Positions 19,743 to 27,637 of a stretch of DNA of 33,077 nucleotides are shown here, one piece after another. The stretch lies in the NCBI GenBank assembly GCA_035300805.1, contig DATGVB010000069.1:1-33077 (forward strand), read 5' to 3'. The translations under genes were made by a program, and so were the position numbers. Below the pieces are notes generated by a model, which saw only the letters and a list, made by a program, of their open reading frames with translations, searched no databases and had not been told where the DNA came from. Position 1 is the first letter of the stretch; each line of letters starts with the position of its first letter. Origin of the DNA: Tetragenococcus sp. GTDB taxonomy: Bacteria > Bacillota > Bacilli > Lactobacillales > Enterococcaceae.

Positions 19743-20743
19743 ATCTTTTGTTTTTTCCTCCAAATCTGATAAAGCCGTATTTCTAAAAAAGAGGCAGAAA
19801 ATTCTTCTGTCAGTTCTTTAAAAGAGTAACGAAATGATGACTGAGGCAAATGAACGAGACGCTGGCAGGTAGCTTGTGGTAAAAAGTTTGTAAAAGGAAA
19901 GTTCTGATCGACGATCGCCCATTCGATCAGATGGTCCTGAATAGTCCCTTTGGTTAAATTCCGATACTGCATCACATGGGCTAGATCATTTCCTTGTAAA
20001 AACAGCCGGCGCGTCTGATACATACTTTGATTCCCACTTTGCAATAATACCTCATGCAGACAAGAAAACAGCACTTGCGGGCGCTTTTGACAAACCTCAT
20101 TTAAAAAAGCATGTATCGCATTTGACTGGTATAATTGTCCCCAGGGAAAAACCTTATATTTAGCTGGCATCATTTGAAAAAAAGCTTGCCCCTGCTGCTC
20201 AAAACCAGCTAAGGACCCGGCTAAAAAATCAGCCTGTTCTTTATTTAAAGCAGAAAAAATCAAATATAATTCTTTTTTTAGCAAATCTGGTAAAGCTTGA
20301 CCATAGTGATAAACTAGCTGGCGGATTCGCTCAGTATATGCTATTGAATTTTCTAAAGGAATATAATCTTTCTTTTTTCCTAAAAAGGAAGCTACTTGCA
20401 CTAAAAAACGGACTAAGCGCCAAGATTGCTCTTCTTTACGACCGAAGCGAAAATAATTGAGGGCTTGAAAATCCTCTTGAGCCAATAAAAACTCATGATC
20501 TGCCTGTCTTACTACTAACTCTAACTGCTCTTCTGTAATTTTTTCTTGTTTTTTTAAATCAGTGAGTCTTTTTTCAAAATCTTCTTGTCTTAAAGATGGT
20601 AAAACTGATAAAAGTGGTAATAGATCATGAAAAAAAGCAAAGGAGATAACAGAAGAACTGCGTTTACCAACTAAAACTTGATAAAGAGTAGTTTTTTTCA
20701 ACTTGTCATCTGCTAAAAATAAGGATAAAATAAATTCGTTCAT
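19736..20743 (-). CDS. YpbB-like protein with C-terminal helix-turn-helix (RecS partner)
   Basis: LVGKRSSS N-terminal motif, RNLTKGTIQDHLIE and FLEIRL; overlaps the recQ start as in ypbB-recS. Confidence 0.85.
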   Translation of the reverse strand: MNEFILSLFLADDKLKKTTLYQVLVGKRSSSVISFAFFHDLLPLLSVLPSLRQEDFEKRLTDLKKQEKITEEQLELVVRQADHEFLLAQEDFQALNYFRFGRKEEQSWRLVRFLVQVASFLGKKKDYIPLENSIAYTERIRQLVYHYGQALPDLLKKELYLIFSALNKEQADFLAGSLAGFEQQGQAFFQMMPAKYKVFPWGQLYQSNAIHAFLNEVCQKRPQVLFSCLHEVLLQSGNQSMYQTRRLFLQGNDLAHVMQYRNLTKGTIQDHLIEWAIVDQNFPFTNFLPQATCQRLVHLPQSSFRYSFKELTEEFSASFLEIRLYQIWRKKQKIC

Positions 20744-20770
20744 AAAATCCTCCAGAAAGAATGTGCTAAA

Positions 20771-20986
20771 ATGTCTCGTCTATGTAAGATTTTACCCGAG
20801 CATTGTATCGCTTGTGGTCTTTGCGCTTTGTATGCACCTGACATCTTTGACTATAATGAAAATGGAATTGTTTTATTTGCCCAAGAAATCGAAGCTTCCC
20901 AACAGTTTATTCATGAAAATGAAGCAGCTGCAGTCATTAAAGCTTATAAAGAATGTCCAGTCCATGCAATTTTGCTGGAAAAATAA
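20771..20986 (+). CDS. fer: Single-cluster ferredoxin
   Basis: CIACGLC...APDIFDY...CP motif; divergent from ypbB. Confidence 0.92.
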   Translation: MSRLCKILPEHCIACGLCALYAPDIFDYNENGIVLFAQEIEASQQFIHENEAAAVIKAYKECPVHAILLEK

Positions 20987-21042
20987 CTTACTCTCATTAT
21001 ACGTTTGATTTTTCTCATTGAAAAGTTTATCTTTTAAAACTT

Positions 21043-21091
21043 ATAAAAAAAGACCGCTTGGAAAATTTTTCCATTCGGTCAATTTTTTTAT
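21043..21091. terminator. Bidirectional terminator between fer and ribU
   Basis: AAAAAAAGACCG..TGGAAAA/TTTTCCA..CGGTC..TTTTTTT inverted repeat. Confidence 0.7.
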
Positions 21092-21125
21092 AAAGAGTCT
21101 TCAATTCTAAGCCTGAATTCTTTTT

Positions 21126-21725
21126 TCAATTAATGGAAGAATGCGGATTAGAAAAATGTTTCTTTTTATTTAACCACGGCAAAAGTTTGGCATGTAGAAC
21201 TAAAAATACAGCACTGACTAGTCCGCCTTTTATCAGGTTAAATGGCAATACCCCAGCTACAATGTAATTGGCAAGTGGCATTCCCAGTAAATCCGTTTCT
21301 CCCATTTGGAAAAACTTTAAATACAGCGGCGTGATCACAAAGTAATTGGCCACACTCATAAATAAAGCCATCAGTAGAATTCCAGAAAGAGTCCCCATAA
21401 TTTTATTGCGGAGATTGGCTTTTTTACTAAAGAAATAGTAGATCGGTAAGGTATAAAACAAAGATGCTAGAAAACTAGCCCCGTCGCCTACCATATTGGC
21501 CGGATCAAAGCCAGTCATTAAAAGATGTAAAAACGAACGTAAAAATGCCGTCACGATCCCGCTTACCGGTCCAAATAAAAACATACTTAAAATGATCGGT
21601 ACATCACTAAAGTCGATCTTTAAAAAGCCAAGTGCGGGGATAATCGGAAAGGCTAAGAACTGTAAAACCAATCCCATTGCTGCAAACATTGCTACTGCTA
21701 CCATTTTCTGTGCTTTGCTGTTCAT
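21126..21725 (-). CDS. ribU: Riboflavin ECF transporter S component
   Basis: FLKIDFSDVP, NYFVITPLY, LPFNLIKG motifs; preceded by an FMN riboswitch; ATG at 21725 with AGGAGG RBS. Confidence 0.93.
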   Translation of the reverse strand: MNSKAQKMVAVAMFAAMGLVLQFLAFPIIPALGFLKIDFSDVPIILSMFLFGPVSGIVTAFLRSFLHLLMTGFDPANMVGDGASFLASLFYTLPIYYFFSKKANLRNKIMGTLSGILLMALFMSVANYFVITPLYLKFFQMGETDLLGMPLANYIVAGVLPFNLIKGGLVSAVFLVLHAKLLPWLNKKKHFSNPHSSIN

Positions 21726-21791
21726 ATAAATCCTCCTAAGTTTCAAGGATCCATCTTCAATTAAAGCCATTGTTTTATCATCTTCTGTATT

Positions 21792-21829
21792 AAAAAATGC
21801 CCTATTTTCTCTATCGAAAATAGGGCATT
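21792..21829 (-). terminator. Riboswitch-controlled intrinsic terminator (expression platform)
   Basis: AATGCCCTATTTTC/GAAAATAGGGCATT 14-bp stem followed by a T run, between the aptamer and ribU. Confidence 0.85.
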
Positions 21830-21860
21830 GGACTAACAGAAATCAGATAAGTCAAATACG

Positions 21861-21984
21861 CTCTATCTTCTTTATCCAGACTTTACTGTCGGTATCGGAA
21901 TTTCACCGCTTCGACTGCTTTTAAAAAAACAGTTCGTGGACTATCACCACCGGTCGGGAATTACACCCTGCCCCTGAAGACGAA
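21861..21984 (-). ncRNA. FMN riboswitch (RFN element)
   Basis: Minus strand reads TCTTCAGGGGCAGGGTGTAATTCCCGACCGGTGGT...AGTCCACGA...CGGTGAAATTCCG..ACCGACAGTAAAGTCTGGAT..AGAAGA, matching the RFN consensus. Confidence 0.96.
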
Positions 21985-22007
21985 CCTTTATTTTTGTTTA
22001 CAATCTC

Positions 22008-22035
22008 ATTATAACGCTTTTACAGATAATTTCAA
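22008..22035 (-). promoter_or_regulatory. Candidate sigma-A promoter for the riboswitch-ribU transcript
   Basis: TTGAAA (22030-22035)-16 nt-TATAAT (22008-22013). Confidence 0.55.
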
Positions 22036-22761
22036 CTACTTTGTTTGTTTAGCCTGATCTAACAAGCGATGAACTTCATTTTTATGGAGTTCCCGATAAT
22101 CCCCCGGCTGTAAATTTTCCAAAGTTAGATAGCCATATTTTTCACGTTTTAATTTTTCAACGGGCAAACCACAGGCTTTCAGCATGTTTTTTACTTGATG
22201 GTTACGTCCTTGGTGAATCGTCAATTCCACAACGCTTTTTTGGGTCTTTTTATCTGTCGATAATATCTTGAATTTAGCTGGTGCCAGAAATTGTCCTTCA
22301 ACCTTCATTTTTTTAGTGACCGGCATGAGTTTTTCTTTCGTTGCGACACCATTGACCTTGGCTACATAGACCTTATCAATTTCATGTCTGGGATGCATCA
22401 GTTTTTGTGAAAAATCACCGTCATTAGTCAATAATAACAAACCAGAAGTATTATAATCTAAACGTCCGACTGGATAGATCCGTTCTGAGATATCGGCAAA
22501 ATAATCGGTTACCACTCTTCTTTTTTTATCATCTGAAACAGCGGTAATGACCCCTCTTGGCTTATAAAACATAAAATAAACTGGTTCCTCCTGGTAAATC
22601 GGTACCTCGTCTACTTCAATCTTATCTTTAGGATTAACCTTCACCCCTAATTCTCGAATGGTTTTTCCATTTACCTTAACCCTTCCCTGGCTGATATACT
22701 CTTCAGCTTTTCTTCGTGACGCAACGCCCGCATGAGCAATCACTTTTTGCAATCGATCCAT
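22036..22761 (-). CDS. rluB: 23S rRNA pseudouridine synthase RluB
   Basis: S4 domain (RLQKVIAHAGVASRR), PVGRLDYNTSGLLLLTNDG, GRNHQVK; scpAB-rluB context. Confidence 0.95.
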   Translation of the reverse strand: MDRLQKVIAHAGVASRRKAEEYISQGRVKVNGKTIRELGVKVNPKDKIEVDEVPIYQEEPVYFMFYKPRGVITAVSDDKKRRVVTDYFADISERIYPVGRLDYNTSGLLLLTNDGDFSQKLMHPRHEIDKVYVAKVNGVATKEKLMPVTKKMKVEGQFLAPAKFKILSTDKKTQKSVVELTIHQGRNHQVKNMLKACGLPVEKLKREKYGYLTLENLQPGDYRELHKNEVHRLLDQAKQTK

Positions 22762-22778
22762 AATCTTCTCCTTTTTTC

Positions 22779-23336
22779 TTACTGATTCGTGTATAAATCT
22801 AAAATTTTATCATTATCAATTTCAGTTTCTACATTCTTTATATCCGGCAATTCCTCTAATGACTTCATTCCAAAATAATTCATAAAAGTTTCTGTTGTCC
22901 CATATAGAATCGCCCGACCCGGTCCATCAACTCGACCTTTTTCTTCAATCAGGCGATGAATTAATAATTTTTGGACTGAAGCAGCCGATTGAACTCCCCG
23001 GATCTCATCAATTTCCATACGCGTGATCGGCTGTTTGTAGGCAATAATCGAAAGGCTCTCCAAAGCTGCCTGTGACAGGTGATTAGCACTGGGTGATTTG
23101 GCATACTTTTTTAAAATAACAGCATATTCTTTTTTTGTTGTCAGCAAAAAACGATTGCCCAATTCTAAAATATTCAATGCAGATTGTTCTTTTTGCTGAT
23201 ATTGTTCATTCAAAGCCTGAATCAATTCATAGCAATGAGACGCTGTCTGATTGAGTAAAAAGCTCAACTCTTCTAAGCGGATCCCTTCATCTCCAGCTGC
23301 AAAAAGCAAAGCTTCCAGCTGACCTAATTCATTCAT
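22779..23336 (-). CDS. scpB: SMC-Scp complex subunit ScpB
   Basis: EALLF, LSQAALESLSIIAYKQPITR, IRGV, GPGRAILYGTT motifs. Confidence 0.96.
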   Translation of the reverse strand: MNELGQLEALLFAAGDEGIRLEELSFLLNQTASHCYELIQALNEQYQQKEQSALNILELGNRFLLTTKKEYAVILKKYAKSPSANHLSQAALESLSIIAYKQPITRMEIDEIRGVQSAASVQKLLIHRLIEEKGRVDGPGRAILYGTTETFMNYFGMKSLEELPDIKNVETEIDNDKILDLYTNQ

Positions 23337-24084
23337 CGACTACTTCTACCCCCTTTTTCGGATATAATAAAATTTCTTCATAATTCGCATCTTGCACCAT
23401 GTGAACTTTCTGTTTCTTAACTAACTCTAATAAAGCCATGAAAGTCACAACAATTTCAGCTGTCTCATAAGACTCTAAAAAACTGGAAAGTTTATGTCCA
23501 GCTTTTAGATCACTTAGCTGATTTAATTTTTCGTCAATCTTATTCATTTTTTCTTCAATACTAATTTCATCTGCTGTAATTGTTGTTTTAAGGACCTGCC
23601 TTTTTTTCTTTTTTTCTAACATGGAACAAAAAGCCAAATATAAATCAACCGTATTGAATTGATCTTCTGATAAATGGGTATCCTCTTTATACTTGTCAAT
23701 ATCCATTGGCTCTTTAGTAAAGTATTCGCTTCTTTCTTCCGCCTTTTCCTTTAACTCATTAGCAGCATACTTGAATTTACGATATTGCAATAATTGAGCC
23801 ACTAAATCTTCTCTTGGATCTTCTTCATATTCATCTGTATCATCCAGCTCTGCTTTAGGCAAAAGCATTTGACTTTTGATCGACATTAAAGTCGCTGCCA
23901 TTACGATATAATCTCCAGCCAGATCCAGCTGCAAAGTTTTCATCGCATGGATATATTTCATATATTGTTCAGTGATCTGGGCAATTGGAATATCATAAAT
24001 ATCAACTTCCAATGTTTTTATTAGATGTAGTAATAAATCTAATGGACCTTCAAAAACGTCCAGTTTAATCTTAATTTCTTGCAT
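23329..24084 (-). CDS. scpA: Segregation and condensation protein A (kleisin)
   Basis: FEGPLDLLLHLI, IKSQMLLP, EDPR, FMALLEL motifs. Confidence 0.96.
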   Translation of the reverse strand: MQEIKIKLDVFEGPLDLLLHLIKTLEVDIYDIPIAQITEQYMKYIHAMKTLQLDLAGDYIVMAATLMSIKSQMLLPKAELDDTDEYEEDPREDLVAQLLQYRKFKYAANELKEKAEERSEYFTKEPMDIDKYKEDTHLSEDQFNTVDLYLAFCSMLEKKKKRQVLKTTITADEISIEEKMNKIDEKLNQLSDLKAGHKLSSFLESYETAEIVVTFMALLELVKKQKVHMVQDANYEEILLYPKKGVEVVDE

Positions 24085-24096
24085 GACGAACTCCTT

Positions 24097-24990
24097 TTAA
24101 GCACGGGGAAAATATTGTTTATAAACATCGGTCATACGTTTTTTTGTAATATGCGTATAGATTTGCGTAGTAGAAATATCCGCATGTCCAAGTAATTCTT
24201 GTACGGTCCGCAAGTCCGCCCCATTTTCCAGTAAATGGGTAGCAAAACTGTGACGTAAAGTATGAGGAGTCACAGTTTTATCGATTCCAGCCATTTGTAC
24301 GAGTTTTTTTATATTTTTCCAAACTCCCTGACGAGAAAGATGTCTTCCATGGTTATTCACAAACAGGCATTCTTCTTCAGGATGTTTTTTACAAAGCAAG
24401 GGACGAACTTGACTTAAATAAGTTTTGATCCAATCAATGGCTAGATCCCCCAAAGGAACGATCCGTTCTTTATCTCCTTTACCGATTGTCTGTAAAATCC
24501 CCATATCCAAATGTAGGTCATTTAATTTCAAATGGATCAATTCACTTACGCGCAATCCTGTCGCATATAAAACTTCTAATATTGCCCGATCACGGATTCC
24601 TAGAAGGGTCTTTGTATCAGGCGTTTCGATCAGACGCTCAACTTCTGATAAACTAAGAACATCTGGTAATTTCTGTCTTTTTTTAGGTGAGTCGATCTGC
24701 TGCATAGGATCATGATCAGTAATGTTTTCTTGCCGTAAAAACTGATGGAAGCGACGTAAACTAGTCACCATTCGGGCAATTGTTGTAAAAGCCTTATTGC
24801 TTTCTTGTAAATTCTGTAAAAAATCAAGGATCACAAAGCGGTCCACTGACTGCCAGTCAGTGATCTGCTTTTTTTTAAGAAAAGCCAAATACTGCTGTAA
24901 GTCTCTTTGATAACTTTGCCGCGTATTAGCTGACAAACCACGTTCAATTAATAAATAATGCAAATACTCCAAGATTTGTTCTTCCATCAT
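24097..24990 (-). CDS. xerD: Site-specific tyrosine recombinase XerD
   Basis: LYATGLRVSEL, GKGDKER, PHTLRHSFATHLL, LLGH and TTQIY catalytic motifs; fur-xerD-scpA context. Confidence 0.95.
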   Translation of the reverse strand: MMEEQILEYLHYLLIERGLSANTRQSYQRDLQQYLAFLKKKQITDWQSVDRFVILDFLQNLQESNKAFTTIARMVTSLRRFHQFLRQENITDHDPMQQIDSPKKRQKLPDVLSLSEVERLIETPDTKTLLGIRDRAILEVLYATGLRVSELIHLKLNDLHLDMGILQTIGKGDKERIVPLGDLAIDWIKTYLSQVRPLLCKKHPEEECLFVNNHGRHLSRQGVWKNIKKLVQMAGIDKTVTPHTLRHSFATHLLENGADLRTVQELLGHADISTTQIYTHITKKRMTDVYKQYFPRA

Positions 24991-25080
24991 GACCTCTCCT
25001 ATTCTGCTTTCAAATTATCTCATAGAATGGAGTAAGACTGCAAGCCAAATTAGCGAGTGGCAGACTCCCATTCAGTACGA

Positions 25081-25118
25081 AAAAAACTCTCAAATGAAAA
25101 AGTTCATTTAAGAGTTTT
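25081..25118 (-). terminator. fur terminator overlapping the stop codon
   Basis: AAAACTCT.AAATGAA/TTCATTT.AGAGTTTT stem with T tail on the minus strand. Confidence 0.65.
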
Positions 25119-25575
25119 CCTCATTGCTATGTTTCTTTTGACAATCTTGACAAATTCCATGGAAAGTTAAGCGATGGTCTTTAACGATAAAGTGAAAACG
25201 TTCTTCTACAACAGCTTCCACATCTCCCAGCAAGTCTTCATTGATTTCTTCAATTTTTCCACATTCCAAACATAATAGATGATGGTGAAAATGCTTTGCT
25301 CCTTCTTTTCTCAAGTCATAACGAGCCACCCCATCGTCAAAGCTGATTTTATCGACTACTTTTAATTCCGTTAAAATTTCCAGCGTACGATAAACCGTTG
25401 CTAAGCCAATATCAGGATTTTTTTGTTTGACGAAAAAGAACACTTCTTCTGCAGATAAATGATCTTTTTCATTTTCAAGTAAGACGAGTACTGTCATTTC
25501 TCTTTGCGGAGTCAACTTAAAACCTGAAGCATGGAGTTGTTTTTTTATTTTACTTAGAGCTTCATTGATATTCAT
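25108..25575 (-). CDS. fur: Ferric uptake regulator
   Basis: KLTPQR, HLSAEE, GLATVYRTL, HFHHHL, CxxC...CxxC; B. subtilis Fur-like; ATG at 25575 with GGAGG RBS. Confidence 0.93.
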   Translation of the reverse strand: MNINEALSKIKKQLHASGFKLTPQREMTVLVLLENEKDHLSAEEVFFFVKQKNPDIGLATVYRTLEILTELKVVDKISFDDGVARYDLRKEGAKHFHHHLLCLECGKIEEINEDLLGDVEAVVEERFHFIVKDHRLTFHGICQDCQKKHSNEENS

Positions 25576-25590
25576 AATCTCCTCCATCGA

Positions 25591-25646
25591 TTAGAATAAT
25601 TATAATCTGAAATACCTTTTCTTAAATCATTTTACAATAATTATAA
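25591..25646. promoter_or_regulatory. Two PerR boxes upstream of fur
   Basis: TTAGAATAATTATAA (25591-25605) and TTACAATAATTATAA (25632-25646), each one mismatch from TTATAATnATTATAA; fur is PerR-regulated in B. subtilis. Confidence 0.7.
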
Positions 25647-25675
25647 AATAGAAAGTAAAAATATACAAGTCCATC

Positions 25676-26539
25676 TCATTGGGTTTTAGAAATTACTTTT
25701 GTCATACCCTTTTCTTGTACAATCAAACCTTTTTTCATCAGATTACCTAAAGCTCGTTTGAATTGTGCTTTACTAATACCAAAAAGTTTTTTGATCTCTT
25801 CAGGAGCAGATTTATCTGTAAAAGGCATGCTTTGATTTTCTTGCTGTTCTAAATAAGCGTAAATCATCTGGGCATCTTCAGAAATCACTTCATAAGCTCT
25901 GGGCTTTAAGGAAAGATTTAAAATTCCATCTGGTCTGACACCGATCACTCTGCCAGCAACGTATTCCCCCAGGCGTGGTTCACGATAACGCTCAGAAGGA
26001 TGAATAAAACCAATATTATAGTCGTCTGTCAAAACATAAGTACCGACTAATTTAAGCCGGTAAACTCTTGCCCTGATATCTTTATTTTTCATTTCCTTGT
26101 CTGCAGGTCTTTTTAATGATTGAAAAATCATTTCTTCAGCTAGACAAGCCCAAATTCGACCTTTGTCATCGACTCTTAAGCTGACCATCAGACAGTCGCC
26201 TTTTTTAGGCCATAATTCATGCATTTCGGGCAGCTCATCTAAAGATAAAGCAATATCTTTATCCGGCAAGCCGATATCTACAAAGACACCTAAATCTCTT
26301 CTTACTTCTACTACTTTGGCAAAAGCATAATGCCCTTTACGGATCTTAGGGATCTCTGTTGTCAAAACTGCTTCATGCTGCTGATTGACATAACCAAAGC
26401 CTTCCACTGCTTCTCCTAATTCATACTTTTTATCTGTTTTTTTTAATTTAAAAGTCTGGCCATTTTTTTGTATAAAATAATTCTCATCATTTTCATCAAT
26501 GATCAATCCGCTAAAAACGGAAGCTATTAATTCATTCAT
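25676..26539 (-). CDS. cvfB: CvfB/YitL family S1-domain RNA-binding protein
   Basis: LGVFVDIGLPDKD, FIHPSE, LNLSL, DKSAPEEI..FGISKAQFKRALG winged helix; ATG at 26539 with AGGAG RBS. Confidence 0.92.
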   Translation of the reverse strand: MNELIASVFSGLIIDENDENYFIQKNGQTFKLKKTDKKYELGEAVEGFGYVNQQHEAVLTTEIPKIRKGHYAFAKVVEVRRDLGVFVDIGLPDKDIALSLDELPEMHELWPKKGDCLMVSLRVDDKGRIWACLAEEMIFQSLKRPADKEMKNKDIRARVYRLKLVGTYVLTDDYNIGFIHPSERYREPRLGEYVAGRVIGVRPDGILNLSLKPRAYEVISEDAQMIYAYLEQQENQSMPFTDKSAPEEIKKLFGISKAQFKRALGNLMKKGLIVQEKGMTKVISKTQ

Positions 26540-26550
26540 TTTTTTCTCCT

Positions 26551-26874
26551 TTATACGATCAAACGAAGTACCGCTATTGTTATAATACCTGTAATTACAA
26601 TTTTCATCAAATCTTTCGTGTAAATCCCGACAAACAATGCAGGAATACAAGCAAGAGTTTCAGTAAGCTTAAGACTAGGCAGCTTTCCTGTTTGAATATT
26701 CAATAAATTCTGGACCAATAAAGCTGTTAAAATACATAAAGGCAGATAATCCAGGAATAACCGAACTTTGCCAGGGAAGTTCATTTTTTTAGCAAAAGCA
26801 AAAGGTAAAATCCGCGGGATCCAGGTAACAATAAAACAACCTGCAATTAAATAGAAGTACTCAGAACTTATCAT
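26551..26874 (-). CDS. azlD: AzlD-family branched-chain amino acid export protein
   Basis: VTWIPRILPF and FLDYLPLCILTAL motifs; overlaps the azlC stop. Confidence 0.88.
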   Translation of the reverse strand: MISSEYFYLIAGCFIVTWIPRILPFAFAKKMNFPGKVRLFLDYLPLCILTALLVQNLLNIQTGKLPSLKLTETLACIPALFVGIYTKDLMKIVITGIITIAVLRLIV

Positions 26875-27568
26875 TGGTCAACACCCCCGTTAAACATCCA
26901 GTCAAAGCAGCTAAAATCACAGCAATTTCTGGTGAAGTCAGCCACATCAACACATATAAAACAATAATTACACTGGCTAAAACAATTAAAGTCTGCTTTG
27001 TTCTGGTTTTTAATGGAATTTCTACTTGAAACAAAAATAAACCTAAAAACATAGCAACTAATGCAAAATCCAGACCTAATTTTTCTGGATCAGGAATAAA
27101 TTTTCCTAAAATTGCCCCTAAAACTGTGGCACTTATCCAAGTGAAGTAAGCACAAATATTTAAACCATTAGTCCAGCTGACACTCACCTTGTCAGCTTTT
27201 TTTAAAGCCATCGTCAACACGCCGTAGGATTCATCGGTCAATAATGTTCCGATGCCAATGTTTTCTAGTAAAGAAGACTGACGAAAGTAAGGTGCCACCG
27301 ATAAACTCATTAAAAAATGACGTAAATTAACTAAAAAAACCGTTGCAATAATTGAGCTAACAGGTGCTTTAATAGCGATCAAGCCACATATTATGAATTG
27401 AGCACTACCCGCATAGACAAAAACGGACATTAAAAAAATGGCAAATATCGATAAGCCCACCCCTTTACCTACAACTCCTAAAGCAAAACCGATCCCCAAG
27501 TAACCTAAAATGGTGGGAACACAGTCTTTGATTCCTTCTTTAAAAGTTATATATTCAGTTTGTTTCAC
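26861..27568 (-). CDS. azlC: AzlC-family branched-chain amino acid export permease
   Basis: MS..VYAGSAQF, VNLRH, LTDESY and GLDFAL motifs; GTG start with AAGGGGG RBS. Confidence 0.92.
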   Translation of the reverse strand: MKQTEYITFKEGIKDCVPTILGYLGIGFALGVVGKGVGLSIFAIFLMSVFVYAGSAQFIICGLIAIKAPVSSIIATVFLVNLRHFLMSLSVAPYFRQSSLLENIGIGTLLTDESYGVLTMALKKADKVSVSWTNGLNICAYFTWISATVLGAILGKFIPDPEKLGLDFALVAMFLGLFLFQVEIPLKTRTKQTLIVLASVIIVLYVLMWLTSPEIAVILAALTGCLTGVLTNDKF

Positions 27569-27630
27569 AAAAAAGCCCCCTTACAGATTCGTTTACTTTT
27601 CATCATAACGAATCTGAGAGGAGGAAACAA
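27569..27630 (-). promoter_or_regulatory. Terminator-like hairpin that overlaps the azlC RBS and a candidate promoter
   Basis: CCTCCT-CT-CAGATTCGTT...AACGAATCTG-TA-AGGGGG-C-TTTTTT-GTG; TTGTTT-17 nt-TATGAT overlaps the 5' arm and loop. Confidence 0.6.
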
Positions 27631-27637
27631 GTTTTTT

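Noticed and set aside
24097-24990. Phage/ICE integrase marking a mobile element
   Set aside because: Sequence and fur-xerD-scpAB-rluB context identify housekeeping XerD; no mobile cargo nearby
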